A program made the translations under genes and the position numbers. 64,000 nt of DNA from the human T2T-CHM13v2.0 reference genome, Homo sapiens, in NCBI RefSeq assembly GCF_009914755.1, contig NC_060934.1; one strand, 5' to 3'. Positions 18,507-31,678 of the stretch are shown here, piece by piece; position 1 is the first letter of the stretch; the number at the start of each line of letters is the position of its first letter. Under the pieces are notes generated by a model that searched no databases, was not told where the DNA came from, and saw only the letters and a list, made by a program, of their open reading frames with translations.

Positions 18507-18809
18507 ATAGTTTTAATGAAAGTACTCAAACAGTGCTGATCGTATCAAATACGTTCCCTCAGGAAAGAAATCTTATATTTATTTCCTTAGATAACTCAGG
18601 GAAGATATTCAGGGCTGTCCTTGGTTTAAAAAAAAAGAGCACACAGTGTAAAGGAAGAGCAATATGAAAATATGACACTGTATCAACATGTGTTTCTGAA
18701 GAAGGTCCTTGTAGCCATTCAAAGATATATTGTAAATAAAAATAAATGTATTTATAATTTTCTTAAATATTTTTGAATTTCATATTTTTTGTGCTCTAAT
18801 TATTCTTAC

Positions 18810-18918
18810 CAACAATATTTGATTCAAGCGATGAAACAGATACTTCTGCTCCAACTAAACCAAAAAGAAGTGGTTGAAAAATATCCCATACATTTGTAAT
18901 AATCTTTTGGACTTTCAT
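18810..18918 (-). pseudogene. SLC9B1P: SLC9B1P exon 10
   Basis: tatag|MKVQKIITNVWDIFQPLLFGLVGAEVSVSSLESNIV G|gtaaga; 109 nt, open. Confidence 0.93.
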
Positions 18919-19009
18919 CTATAGAAAAGAGAAATACATTTATAATTATTTTGGCACATAAATATATTTCAGAAAGTTAAAGTCTCCCTCACCTTTTTTT
19001 TTCACTTTT

Positions 19010-19294
19010 TAAGTATTTTAGAGATGGGGTCTTGCTCTGTTGCCCAGGCTGGGGTGTAGTGGCATAATCTTAGCTCACTGTAGCCTTGAACTCCTGGGCT
19101 CAAGTGATCCTCTCGCAGTCTCCCAAGTAGAACGACAGGTGTGTACCACCATGGTGGGCTAATTTTTAAATTGTTTATAGAGATGGGGTCTCGCTATATT
19201 GCCCAGGATGGTCTAGAACTCCTGTCTTCAAGTGGTCTCTGGCTGTGGCCTCCCAAAGCACTGGCATTATAGACATGAGCCACCATGCCTGGCC
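19010..19294 (-). mobile_element. Alu (AluJ-like)
   Basis: Reverse dimer. Confidence 0.9.
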
Positions 19295-20279
19295 TAAAGT
19301 CACTTAACATTTAATAAATTTAAGACACTTTATTTTAATAAAAATATTAAACTTAATAAAAACTGAGCACTTCAATAGTTTTACTCAAACACTTAGGTAG
19401 AATTTGATTAAAAGAAACTCACAAAGCAATAAAATAATACTATTTGGCCATTTTGTCACAGAATAAGTGATGTCTTTAGGGTTCTAGCCATGTTTCATAT
19501 GAGTTCCAGATTTTGTCTCTAAGTTAACTGAATAGAGATAGAACTACATCATGCCTGATGAGAACATACCCAGTTCATGCAAACATTTGGGTTCTCAGAA
19601 GGGGGTTGGGAAGCCTTCCACTAACAACCATCCTGGAACTCAATGCCATTAAAGTGAATCCTGATATATATAGCATATACTACTAGGAAAAACAATTTGG
19701 AAGTCTGCTAGGCCTGCTTCCAAAGAACCCATGTTGAATACTTTAAAGTTACTTTTTCCTTAAAACAAAACCAAAACATATATTAGATTCTCATTTAGCT
19801 GCCTACCCAGCTTCCCCTTCTGGAAACGAATGCCTCCCAGTGCTACTTCCCCAATTAAAAGGTTACAGGAAAGGCCCCTATTGGCCTACATTACTCTGGC
19901 TCTTCTCCAGGAATTTGGATGAAGAGATTTCAGTCTCAGTCTGGGTTTAATTTTTTTCTTTAAACAGAAGATACATAAGTACTTTGATGTCTCTTCCTTG
20001 AGGCAAAAACTATCTTCACAACTATTTCCCTTATGACTGTGTTTTCTGATCCCCACTTTTTATAGTTTAAAAAAAGAAAAACAAAGAAAAAAGATGTTAC
20101 CACTCTTTACAGCATAATTATCCTGTTCGTTACTTTAAATCTTTAAAACTTGTTTTGGTTCTGTTTCTTTTACCATTTAAAAAAATTCTAGCAGTTTCAA
20201 TTTTATTTATTGATTTGCATTTCATTCATTTCATTTCTTTTATAATTATGATTATACAAGAATACTAAGCAAAATGCCA

Positions 20280-21445
20280 CTATGATTTTTGATTAGGGAA
20301 CTTCTCAAGTTGATTCTAAAATTTATCTAAGGAAGAATATGTGTAGGAGCAGCCAAAAAATACTTTAAAAAGAAGTATAATCTATATTAGATTTTGACAC
20401 ATAAAACTGCAGTGATTTAAAACAGAGGTGTTGGCATAGAAATAGAGAAGTAGGATTAAACAGACCACAATTAATATATATGGGAGAATTTAGTTCATGT
20501 TAAAAAACTGAATTATTAATGAATTGGTCAATAAATAAACAATTTGGCAAAAAATGACTGTCTAGTTTATGTGCATATATCTGTATGTACATATTCATCA
20601 CATGCAATTATATATGTGTGTCTGAATATATATATATGTGTGTGTGTATATATATATACATATATATATATACACACACACATCAGCCATGATGTAGTTC
20701 TATCTCTGTTCAGTTAACTTACAAACTGTATATGTGTGTGTGTATATATACATAGTTTGTAAGATACACATATATATATATATATAACCTTACCTCACAG
20801 CATTCACAAAGATAAATTCCAGATAGATTAAAAGCCTAAATGAAAAAACAAATTAAACAAAAACTACCAAAATATTAAATGATAATACACAAAATAGTAT
20901 ATCTTTGTAATGTTTATATGTTATAATCTTCAGTGAGAAAGTCCTTCTTAAATGAGATGCAGAATCCAAAACCAAAAAAGGAAAACCCAATAGGTTTGGT
21001 CATAGGAAATTTTACTTTCATACACCAGACACCGTAAACAAAGTTGAAGATAAGCAAAAATTATATGCAATATATACATAACAAAGGATCAGTAGCCCTA
21101 ACACTAAGAGAAACTATAAATTAGAAACAAGAAATAAATAACCCAATAAAAATGGTCAAAGAAGATCATAGGTATTTTAAAAAGAATATATGAAGAGAAG
21201 CTTACTATACTACTAATCGGAGAAATGTAAATAAAGAATAACAACATCACATAATTGTAAGAAACTATAAGAATTGGATGATGAGGTCATTTAATAGTAA
21301 AAAGAATAGAACTAGTGATAATATCAAGTGCTGTTGATGAGTTAAGGTATTAGATATTTTTGTGCACTGTTGGCAGAGTGTAAATAACCAAAATTTTTGA
21401 AGGGATAATTTAGCAGTGTCCATCAAAATAAAACACAGATCATTT
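20280..21445 (+). mobile_element. Very old L1M ORF2 3' remnant with (TA)/(TG) microsatellites at 20570-20790
   Basis: aagttgattctaaaatttat..., ataaattccagatagattaaaagcctaaat. Confidence 0.55.
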
Positions 21446-21448
21446 CCA

Positions 21449-21886
21449 GCGAGGTGTGGTAGCTCATGCTTGTAATCCTAGCACTTTGCAATGTCAATTT
21501 GGGAGCATCCCTTGAGCTCAGGATTTTGAGACCAGCCTGGGCAACATAGACAGAGACTCTGTCTCAAAAAAAAAATCATTTCTAGAACTCTATTCCTACA
21601 GATGTACCTGTAATCCCAAAACTTTGGGAGGCCGAGGCAGGAGTATCACCTGAGGTCAGGAGTTCAAGACCTGCCTGGCCAAAATGGTGAAACCCCGTCT
21701 CTACTAAAAATACAAAAATTTGCTGGGCATGGTGGTGCGTGCCTGTAATCCCAGCTACTAGGGAGGCTGAAATAGAAAAATCACTTGAATCCAGGAGGTG
21801 GAGGTTGCAGTGAGCCAAGATTATGCTACTGAACTCCAGCCTGGGTGACAAGAGTGAAACTGTGTCTCAAAAAAAAAAAAAAAAAA
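21449..21886 (+). mobile_element. FLAM-like monomer (21449-21575) and Alu (21607-21886)
   Basis: Alu consensus blocks with A-tails. Confidence 0.88.
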
Positions 21887-22006
21887 GACATGAACAACAC
21901 TGTTTATGACAGCACTGTTTGTAAATAACAAAAAGTGGAAACTATCTTAATGTCTATAAATAGGACACTGGTTACTTAAAAAAATGTAAGGCGGTTAGAT
22001 ATTTGA

Positions 22007-22437
<431 letters not shown>

Positions 22438-22730
22438 TAATTAAAATTTCAATGAATAAAATAATTAAATTGATATAAGTAATATAATAATATTATATAA
22501 AACTTGGGAAAAAGAGAAGCCTGATGTGATTAACTCAACTTCTGATTCCATATTAGTATATTTCCAGCTGCTTTTATTAAATATTTTATTTCCTCGATTG
22601 ATTCGTACTCTTTCTTGAGGATAGAAAACCTTTTGGAATATTTTCCAACCAGAATGAGGGGATTTCCTAAATATATGTAAAAAATTCGGTTGTCTTAGCT
22701 TTTAAAATATAGCATATTAAAAATATTCAC

Positions 22731-22880
22731 CTTTTCTTGGGACCATTTTGTCCCTGCAATGAAACTCAACACTAATGTGCATAATCCTCCAGATCCATGT
22801 AAACCAATACGTTGGCTGCCTAAGACAGCAGAAACACACGTAGTCAAAACAAGGAATCCTCTCTTCAATGTAAGTTTTTT
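22731..22880 (-). pseudogene. SLC9B1P: SLC9B1P exon 9
   Basis: tctag|KKLTLKRGFLVLTTCVSAVLGSQRIGLHGSGGLCTLVLSFIAGTKWSQEK|gtgaat; 150 nt, open. Confidence 0.93.
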
Positions 22881-23722
22881 CTAGAATTAGATAGATATTT
22901 AGAAATTAGTTTATATTAAATATATAATACAAGATTTGACATTATCTATTACATATGTTTGACCCTTTGATATTATGTCTTTAAATGTTATATTAAATGT
23001 CTAAAATTTTGATTTTCTTTCTCACCATACATTTTAGCAGACTTACTACCAAGTAACAAAATTTCCAATTAGTAACGTTTCTTCTTCTGCCACATCTCTG
23101 ATACTAGTATCAGTAAAATAGTTAAAGTATTACTTTAAGTGAAGAAGAAAAGAGACCCATAAAATCTCCAGTTTCATATAACATGTCCAATGAATTCTTA
23201 AAAAATATTTGAATATCTCTTTGGTCAATATGTTACAGCTAAATTTGGATGGAAATTACAGAAATACAAAAGTAATGGCATGTTTTCCTTTAAGGCAGGA
23301 AATGGCTAAGTTTGAGTGTTGCCTTTGTCAAAGGATAGCAGGAGTGAATTTCAGTCAGAAAATATGCAGAAATGAATGGGAACCTATCTCCCCCTAAAAT
23401 GTTTAAGGGAAAATTTGGGGGAAATTATCAAACATCAATAGGCAATTTAGTAGAGAAAGGGAAAGTATAATTCAGAGGGATACTCTGCATTAAGTATAGT
23501 TTTTGACATTCCTTATTTGCAAAATCAGGAAGCAGAGACTTTAATCAAAGCCATTGACCTGTATCAATCACCGCTGTGCTCAGTTTTAAATACAGAGTAG
23601 GCATTGGAGGCTAGTTTTAGAAAAATAGAGTTAAGTATTAAATTTCATGGATCTTACCAAAGTTTAATATTTTGAAAAAAATGTCTAATACTATACTTCT
23701 ATAAAATAGATTTTGTATTTAA

Positions 23723-23829
23723 CTGGTCTTCACTTGGAAAATATCAAACAAAAAATCCCAAAACAATTCCTGCCAGCCGACTAATACATACGTTCCTTAT
23801 AGAGGCTATGGCGTTATTAAGCTTACCAC
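23723..23829 (-). pseudogene. SLC9B1P: SLC9B1P exon 8 (nonsense codon, dead donor)
   Basis: tacag|GT GKLNNAIASIRNVCISRLAGIVLGFFV*YFPSEDQ; TGA at 23746-23744; donor reads CAG|ttaaat. Confidence 0.92.
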
Positions 23830-24142
23830 CTGTAGGGGCACACAATAAAGAAAAATTCACAAAGAAATATTTTCACATACACTACACATCAGAAAAGCAA
23901 ATCTAGGTGGCTCATGAAGAAAAGTAAGCATTTTATAGAACAAATATATGCAAATGGTCTTTTTATAGTGACATGTATGAAAACACGTAGATCTATTTAG
24001 TACATTAAATATATACTCTCAAATAATTTAATATATACACACAACTCAGAAATGTCCATTATATAAATAGGCCAGAAAACAAAGACTTAACAAGCACAAG
24101 ATGCTCCCCTTACATAGCCAATTTAAAAGACAGAGTGGGGTA

Positions 24143-24513
<371 letters not shown>

Positions 24514-24887
24514 TTAACAATTCTTCTTTGATGTACTATATGAAAAAGAAACAAATGATTTTAACATGAAAAGAACAATGTAATAACAACATAAAAAATT
24601 TTGTTCCAGGGTCAGTCCCAGAAACATTCAAGGGTCATTTAAGATTTCAGTGTATTTAAGTTTCTGCTTTTGGTGAAGAAAAAAGGAAAAAAAAATACAA
24701 AAGATTCCAGTATATTTTATATTAATTAATATTAATATATCCATACTTGTAGTTCATTGTAATAAGTAAAAAGCAAAAAATAAAAAAAAACAGAATGAGT
24801 CACAAAAATAGTTCAGTTAAGCTCTGGGTAGTGGATTCAATATAGTACATAAGTATATTTTTAGATATATTTTCTACTAAATATAAC

Positions 24888-25181
24888 AGGCAGCGCATGG
24901 TGGGCTCACACCTTTAATCCTAGCACTTTGGGAGGCCAAGGCAGAAGGATTGCTTGAGCCCAAGATTTGAGAGTAACTTGGGCAACAGAGTGAAACCCCA
25001 TCTTCACAAGAAAATAAGAAATTAGCCGGGTATGTGTTGTGTACCTATAGTCCAAGTACTCAGTAGCCTGAGAGAGGAGGTCCCTTGAGCTCAGGAGTTC
25101 CAGGCTGCACTCTAGCCTGGCTGACAGAGCAAGATCCTGTCTCAAGGAAATAAAATATAATAAAAATAAAAAATAATATAA
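24888..25181 (+). mobile_element. Alu (AluJ-like, internal deletion)
   Basis: Diverged dimer. Confidence 0.85.
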
Positions 25182-26165
25182 ACAGAGTGATGTCAGCCAG
25201 ATGGTGGAATGGCTCCAAACCTTGATTCTCCATAAAGATAGCAACTGAAAAACAATATATGGTCTAAAAGCCTTTATGGAGTTCCATAAACCATTAAGAA
25301 GTTGTAGTAGCACAGACAAGTGCAAAATCAAGAATAGTGGCATTGAACAAATAAGAAAAGCTGTTGCATTATACTCATGATACCCCTTCCCCAAGCTCGA
25401 ACAGGTTGGTTTGGCTGGGAAGCACTCAACTTGCAGCTTCTCCGTTAGCAGGGAAAGAGAAGACTGGAACGGAATAGTTTTATGAGGTTACCTGAAGCTC
25501 TCTCTCTCTCTCTAACTTGACGCCCAACTGGCATACTTTGGATGCATGGGAACCACTGGGAATAAAGGAGAGGTCAGAGATGATGCAGCACCAGGGAACC
25601 TGCAGTACCACAGACAGATACCAGAGGGAACAACAGCTCCAGAAAAAGAAACTGGCAAACCTCTACTTGGGATGTTGCAATGTATAAACCCAAAGAAGAT
25701 GCATTCCCAGAAAAAGTTTGAGAGGCTGCTGGAACCTATAGCCATGCTGATTCAGGTATGAAGGTCTTCCGTATGAAGCCAGCTGATAAAAACTGGGAGA
25801 AGTGGCAGTTTTTTCAAACACCCAAATCTTGGCAAAAATAAATAAAAAATAAAAAATAACAAGACATAAGAAGAAACAGAGAAACCTGATGACTAAATTA
25901 AAGGAGCAAAATAAATCTCCAGAAACCAACCCTAAAGAAATAGATAAATGAGTTACCTGACAAAGAATCCAAATTAACTCTCTTAATGAAGCCCAGTGAC
26001 AACAGAAATAGACAACTAAGTGAAAGCAGGAAATAATTCATGAATAAAATGAATATATTAATGGAGATAGAAACTAAAAAAAAAAGGAACCATACAGAAA
26101 CTCTGGAGCTAAGGAATACAGTAGCTCAATTGAAAAATTCCCTATCGGAAATCACCAATAGACTG

Positions 26166-26896
26166 TGTAACTGCCCAATGGGTTCACCTCGTGCCCTGCT
26201 TAGACAGAGCTGATTTATCAAGATAGGGGAATTGCAATGGAGAAAGAGTAATTCAGGCAGAGCTGGCTGTGCGGGAGATCAGAGTTTTATTATTACTCAA
26301 ATCAGTCTCCCTGAGCATTCGGGGTTCAGAACTTTTAAAGATAATTTGGCATGTAGGGACTTGGGAAGTGGGGACTGCTTATTCATCAGGTTGGAGATGA
26401 AATCATACAGGGTTGAAGAGATGTTTTCTTGCTGTCTTCTGTTTGTGGCTGGGGTGGCAGAACTAGTTGAGCCATATTACCAGTCTGGGTGGTGTCAGCT
26501 GATTCATCCAGTGCAGGGTCTGCAAAATATCTCAAGCACTGATTTTAGGTTTTACAATAGTGATGTTATCCCCAGGAGCAATTTGGAGAGGTTCAGACTC
26601 TTGGAGCCAGAGGCTGCATAACCCCTCAACTGTAATTTCTGATGTTATAGCTAATTTGTTTATCCTGCAAAGGCAGACTGGTTCCAGGCAAGAAGGGGAT
26701 CTTTTTGGGAAATGGCTATTATCAACTTTGTTTCAGAGTCAAACCATGAACTGAATACCTTCCCGAAATTAGTTCATCCTACTGCCGGGAATGAACAAGG
26801 ACAGTTTAAATGCTAGAAGCAAGATGGAGTTGATTAAGTCTGATGTCTTTTGCTGTCATAATTTCTTCAGTTATAATTTTTGCAAAGGCAGTTTCA
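26166..26896 (-). mobile_element. Solo LTR8 (ERV1)
   Basis: tgtaactgcccaatgggttcacct...ttttgcaaaggcagtttca. Confidence 0.85.
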
Positions 26897-27643
26897 ATAA
26901 CATCAAGCAGAAGAAAGAATCAGTGAAACGGAAGACTAGTCATTTGAAATTATGGAGTCAGAGGAGCAAAAGGGAAAAGGAGTGAAGAGTGAAGACAGCC
27001 TAAGAGACTTACAGGATGCCATCAAGCAGACCAATGTATGCATTATGAAAGTGCCAGAAGGAGAAGAGAAAAATAAAGGGGCAGAGAGCCAGTTAAAAAA
27101 ATAATAACCAAAAACTTCTCAAACTTAAAGAAGGAAATGGACATACAAATCCAAGAGGCTCAAAGAACTCCAAGTTGGATAATTTGCAAAAGACCTACAA
27201 TGAGACACATTACAATCAAACTGTCAAAAGTTAAAGACAAAGAGAGAATTTTGAAAGGAACAGGATCAAAGCAACTTGTCACATACAAGGGAGATGCTAT
27301 ATGGTTATCAATGGAATTATCAGCAAAAACTCTACAGGTCAGAAGAGAATGGGATGATATATTAAAAGGGCTGAAAGAAAAAAAAAACTGTCAACCAAGA
27401 ACTGTATAGCCAGTAAAACTCTACTTCAAAAATGAAGGACAAACAAAGAGTTCCCCAGAGAAGTAAAAGGTGAGGGAGTTGATCACCACTAGACCTACCT
27501 TACAAAAAATGTTAAAGGGAGTCCTCCAAGTGGAAATGAAAAGGCATTGGATAGAAATACAAAAGCATACAAAATATAAACTTCTTTGGTAAAGGTAAAT
27601 ATATGAGTGAACATAGAATCCTTTAATACTCTAATGGTGGTAA

Positions 27644-27953
<310 letters not shown>

Positions 27954-29105
27954 GTAATTCACTTTTAATTGAAGCTTAGAATTTAAAAGGTAAAAGCATA
28001 ATATTACTGTATTAAATTATGTGAATAAACAATATAAGATATATATTGTGTGACATTGATAACAAGTGAGAAGGAGGTGTAAAGAAGTAGAGTTTTTGTA
28101 TGTGATTAAAGTTAAGTTGTTGTCAATTTAAAATAGATTATTATAACTATAAGATGTTTTCATGTAATTCTACAGTAACCACAAAGAAAAGACCTACAGA
28201 AGATACAAAAATAAAAATGAGAAAGGAACCAAAGCACGTCCCTACCAAAAAAAGAAATCAGTGAAACATAAAGGGAGGCAGAAAGAGAGGAAAAGTGGAA
28301 AAAATACCTGGAAGACATGTATAAAACAATGAACAAAATGACAATAGTAAGCCCCTCCCTATCAGTAACTACTTTAAATGCAAATAGGCTAATTTTCCAA
28401 TCAAAAGACAGAGAATTGGCTGAATGGATTAAAAAATCTAAATATATACTATATGCAAGAGACTTATGTTAGATCTAAACACACACAAAGGTTGAAAGTG
28501 AAAGGATGGAAAAAGATATTCAATGCATTTGGTAACCAAAAGAGAACAAGGATGGCCATACTTAGACAAAATAGAGTTTAAGTCAAATAATAGCACAAGA
28601 GACAAGGATATTACATAATAATAAAAGGGCCAATTGACCAAGAAGATATAGCAAATATAAATGTATGTGCAACTAACAGTACAGCATCTAAATATATGAA
28701 GCTAACATAGACAGAATTGAGGGGTAACATAGATAACAACATCATAATAACAGAAAACTTCAATATTCCACTTTCAATTATGGATACAATAACCAGACAG
28801 AAGATCAACTGGAAAACACAGAACTTGAACAACATTGTAGACCAATTGGACCTGTCTGACATATACAGAACACTTCACCCAATAATAGCAAAATATACTT
28901 TCTTCTCAAGTACATATCAAGACGTTTCCAGGATAGATGGCATGCTGGTCCACAAGCAAGTTTTTAAAACTTTAAGAAAACTGAACTCATACCAAATATC
29001 TTTTCTGACCACATTAAATGAAATTACAAATTCATAGCAGAAGGAAAAAGGAAAAGTAATAAATATGTGGAAATTACAAAAATATACTCTCTTAACCAAT
29101 TGGCC

Positions 29106-29789
29106 TGTGTGGTTAATATTAATTGTCAGTTTGATTGAGGGATGCTTAGATGCCTGATGAAGCACTGTGTGTGTGTATATCTGTGAGGGTGCGGCCACAG
29201 GAGAATGATGGATGAGTTACTGGACTGAGAGAGAAAAACCCATCCTCACTGTGGGTAGGCATCATGCAATTGGTTACAAGTGTGACTAGAACAAAAAGGC
29301 AGAAGAATGGGAACATTCAGCTTGCTTGGATTTCTTTTTTATGCACTTTCTCTCTCTTCCAGAGCAGTATGCCTTTTTCTCCTCTTGCCCTTGCACATCA
29401 AACTCTAGGTTCTTTGGCCTTTGGACCCTGGGACTTGCATCAGCAGCCTTTTGGGAGCTCTCAAGCCTTGGGCCTCAGACTAGTGGCTGCACTGTCAGCT
29501 TCCCTGGTTTTGAGACTTTCAGATTTGGACTGAGCCATGTCACTGGCTTCCTTGGGAGCCATGCTGTAGGCTTCTCTCATTTTCCAGCTTATAGATGGCC
29601 TACTGTGGGACTTTGCCTTTGTAATTATGTGGGCCAATTCTCCTTAATAAATTATATTTCATATATATGTAAATATATTCTCTTTTAGATGCATGTATAT
29701 GTATCTATATCTATATCTATTATCTATATCTATATCTATATCTATATTTCCTATTGGATCTGACCCTCTGGAGAACTCTGATTAATACA
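29106..29789 (+). mobile_element. MLT2B-like solo LTR (ERVL) with internal (CTATAT)n
   Basis: tgtgtggttaatattaattgtca...ctctggagaactctgattaataca; degenerate 5-bp TSD tggcc/tagtc. Confidence 0.82.
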
Positions 29790-30042
29790 TAGTCAAAGAA
29801 TAAGTCACAAGGAAAGTTAGAAAATGTCTTGAGACAAATAAAAATGGAAACACAACATTCCAAAGCTTGTGGGATGCAGCAAAATGAATATGAAGAGGAC
29901 AGTTTATATATCTAACTACCTACCTTAAAAAAGAAGAAAGATCTAAAATCAGTAACTTAGCTTTACACCTCAAGAAACTGGAAAAAGAAGAACTCAACCC
30001 AATGTTAGCAAAAGTAAGGAAATAATAAAGTCTAGAGCAGAA

Positions 30043-30347
30043 GGCCGGGAGCAGTGGCTCACGACTGTAATCCCAGCACTTTGGGAGGCCAAGGCAAGTG
30101 GATCACCTGAAGTCGGGAGTTCGAGACCAGCCTCAGCAACAGGGAGAAACGTGTCTCTACTGAAAAATACAAAATTAGCCAGGCATGGTGGTGCATGCCT
30201 GTAATCCCAGCTACTCTGGAGGCTGAGGCAGGAGAGTCACTTGAACTGGGAAGCGGAGGTTGCAGCTAGCGGAGATCACGCCATTGCACTACAGCCTGGG
30301 CAATAAGAGCAAAACTCCATCTCAAAAAAAAAAAAAAAAAAAAAAAA
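30043..30347 (+). mobile_element. Alu (AluSp/Sq-like)
   Basis: Full dimer, A-tail, degenerate TSD. Confidence 0.92.
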
Positions 30348-30767
30348 GGCTAGAGAATAGAAAAAATCCAGTGAAACTAGTAGTTGTTTCAAAGTTCAAC
30401 AAAATTGACAAATCATTAGCTAGAATATTTAAGAAAAAAAAGAAGACTCAACTTCTTTTAGGAACAAAAGAGAAGACACTGCAACAGATATTACAGAAAT
30501 AAAAAGGATTCTAAGAGTCTACTATGAATGATTATATACTGACAAGTTGGATAACCTAGGAGAAATGAAGAGATTCCTTGTAACATGCAAGTTACCAAGA
30601 CTAAGTCACAAAATAAAAAATCTTAATAAACCTATAACTAGTAACTGAATCAGGAATCAAAAACCTCCCAGCAAACCAAATACCTGACAAGGGGTTAATA
30701 TCTAAAATATATACAGAACAACAACTCAATAACAAAACAACCTAAATGAGAAATGGTCAGTTGACTT

Positions 30768-31120
30768 TGCTATGGTCCAAGTGTTCTCCCAATATTCATA
30801 TGCTGGAGCCTAATATTCAATGTGATAATATTAAGAGGTGGGGCATTTTGGAGATGATTAGTTCATGAAGTCATAGCTCTCAGAAATGGGACTAGGGCCT
30901 TTATAAAAGAGGCTTAAGGGAGTTTTTTTTCCCTTTTGAACATGTGAGGACACAGAGAAGGTGCTATGTATAGTGAATATAGTGACCTCACCAGTCACTG
31001 AGTCTGTTGTAGCCTAAATCTTGGACTTCTCACACTCCAGAATGCAAGAAATAAATTTTTGTTGTTTATAAATTACCAGCCTAAGATATTTTGTTATAGC
31101 AGCAGGAATGGACTAAGATA
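30768..31120 (+). mobile_element. MaLR solo LTR (MLT1A/MSTD-like)
   Basis: tgctatggt...gactaagata flanked by a perfect 5-bp TSD GACTT (30763-30767, 31121-31125). Confidence 0.85.
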
Positions 31121-31184
31121 GACTTGAATCGACATTTTTTCCAAAAAAAATACAAGTGGCCAACTAGCATATCAACCCAAAACT

Positions 31185-31678
31185 ACATGGAAACTGCCAA
31201 GGCTTGGGGATTGAACTCTGAAGCAATAACCTGAGCTGTACATTGGCTCCTTTTAGCCATGGCTGGGACACAGGGCACCAAGTCCCAAGACTGCACAGAG
31301 CAGCAAAGTTCTGGGCCTGGCCCACAAAACCATTTTTTCCCTCCTAGGCCTCCAACCCTGTCACGGGAGGGGCTGTTGTGAACAACTCTGACATGCCCTG
31401 GAGACAATTTCCCCATTATCTTGTCAATTATCATTTGGCTCCTTGTTACTTCTGCAAATTTCTGCAGTCAGCTTGAATTTCTCCCCAGAAAATGGGTTTT
31501 CTTTTCTATCACATCATCAGGCTGCAAATCTTCCAAACTTTCATGCTCTGCTCCCTTTTAAACATAAGTTCTAATTCCAAACCATATTTTTGTGAATGCA
31601 TAAAACTGAACACTTTTAAGAGCACTCAGGTCATAAATTGAACACTTTGCTGCTTACAAATTTCTTCTACCAGATGTC
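31185..31678 (-). mobile_element. MST/THE1 internal sequence, left part
   Basis: gccaaggcttgggg...ctgacatgccctggagac; continues at 40526. Confidence 0.82.

Noticed and set aside
24906-25394. 162-aa ORF and similar Alu/L1-derived ORFs (e.g. 11706, 49575, 53306, 62970)
   Set aside because: Typical translations of Alu or L1 sequence.
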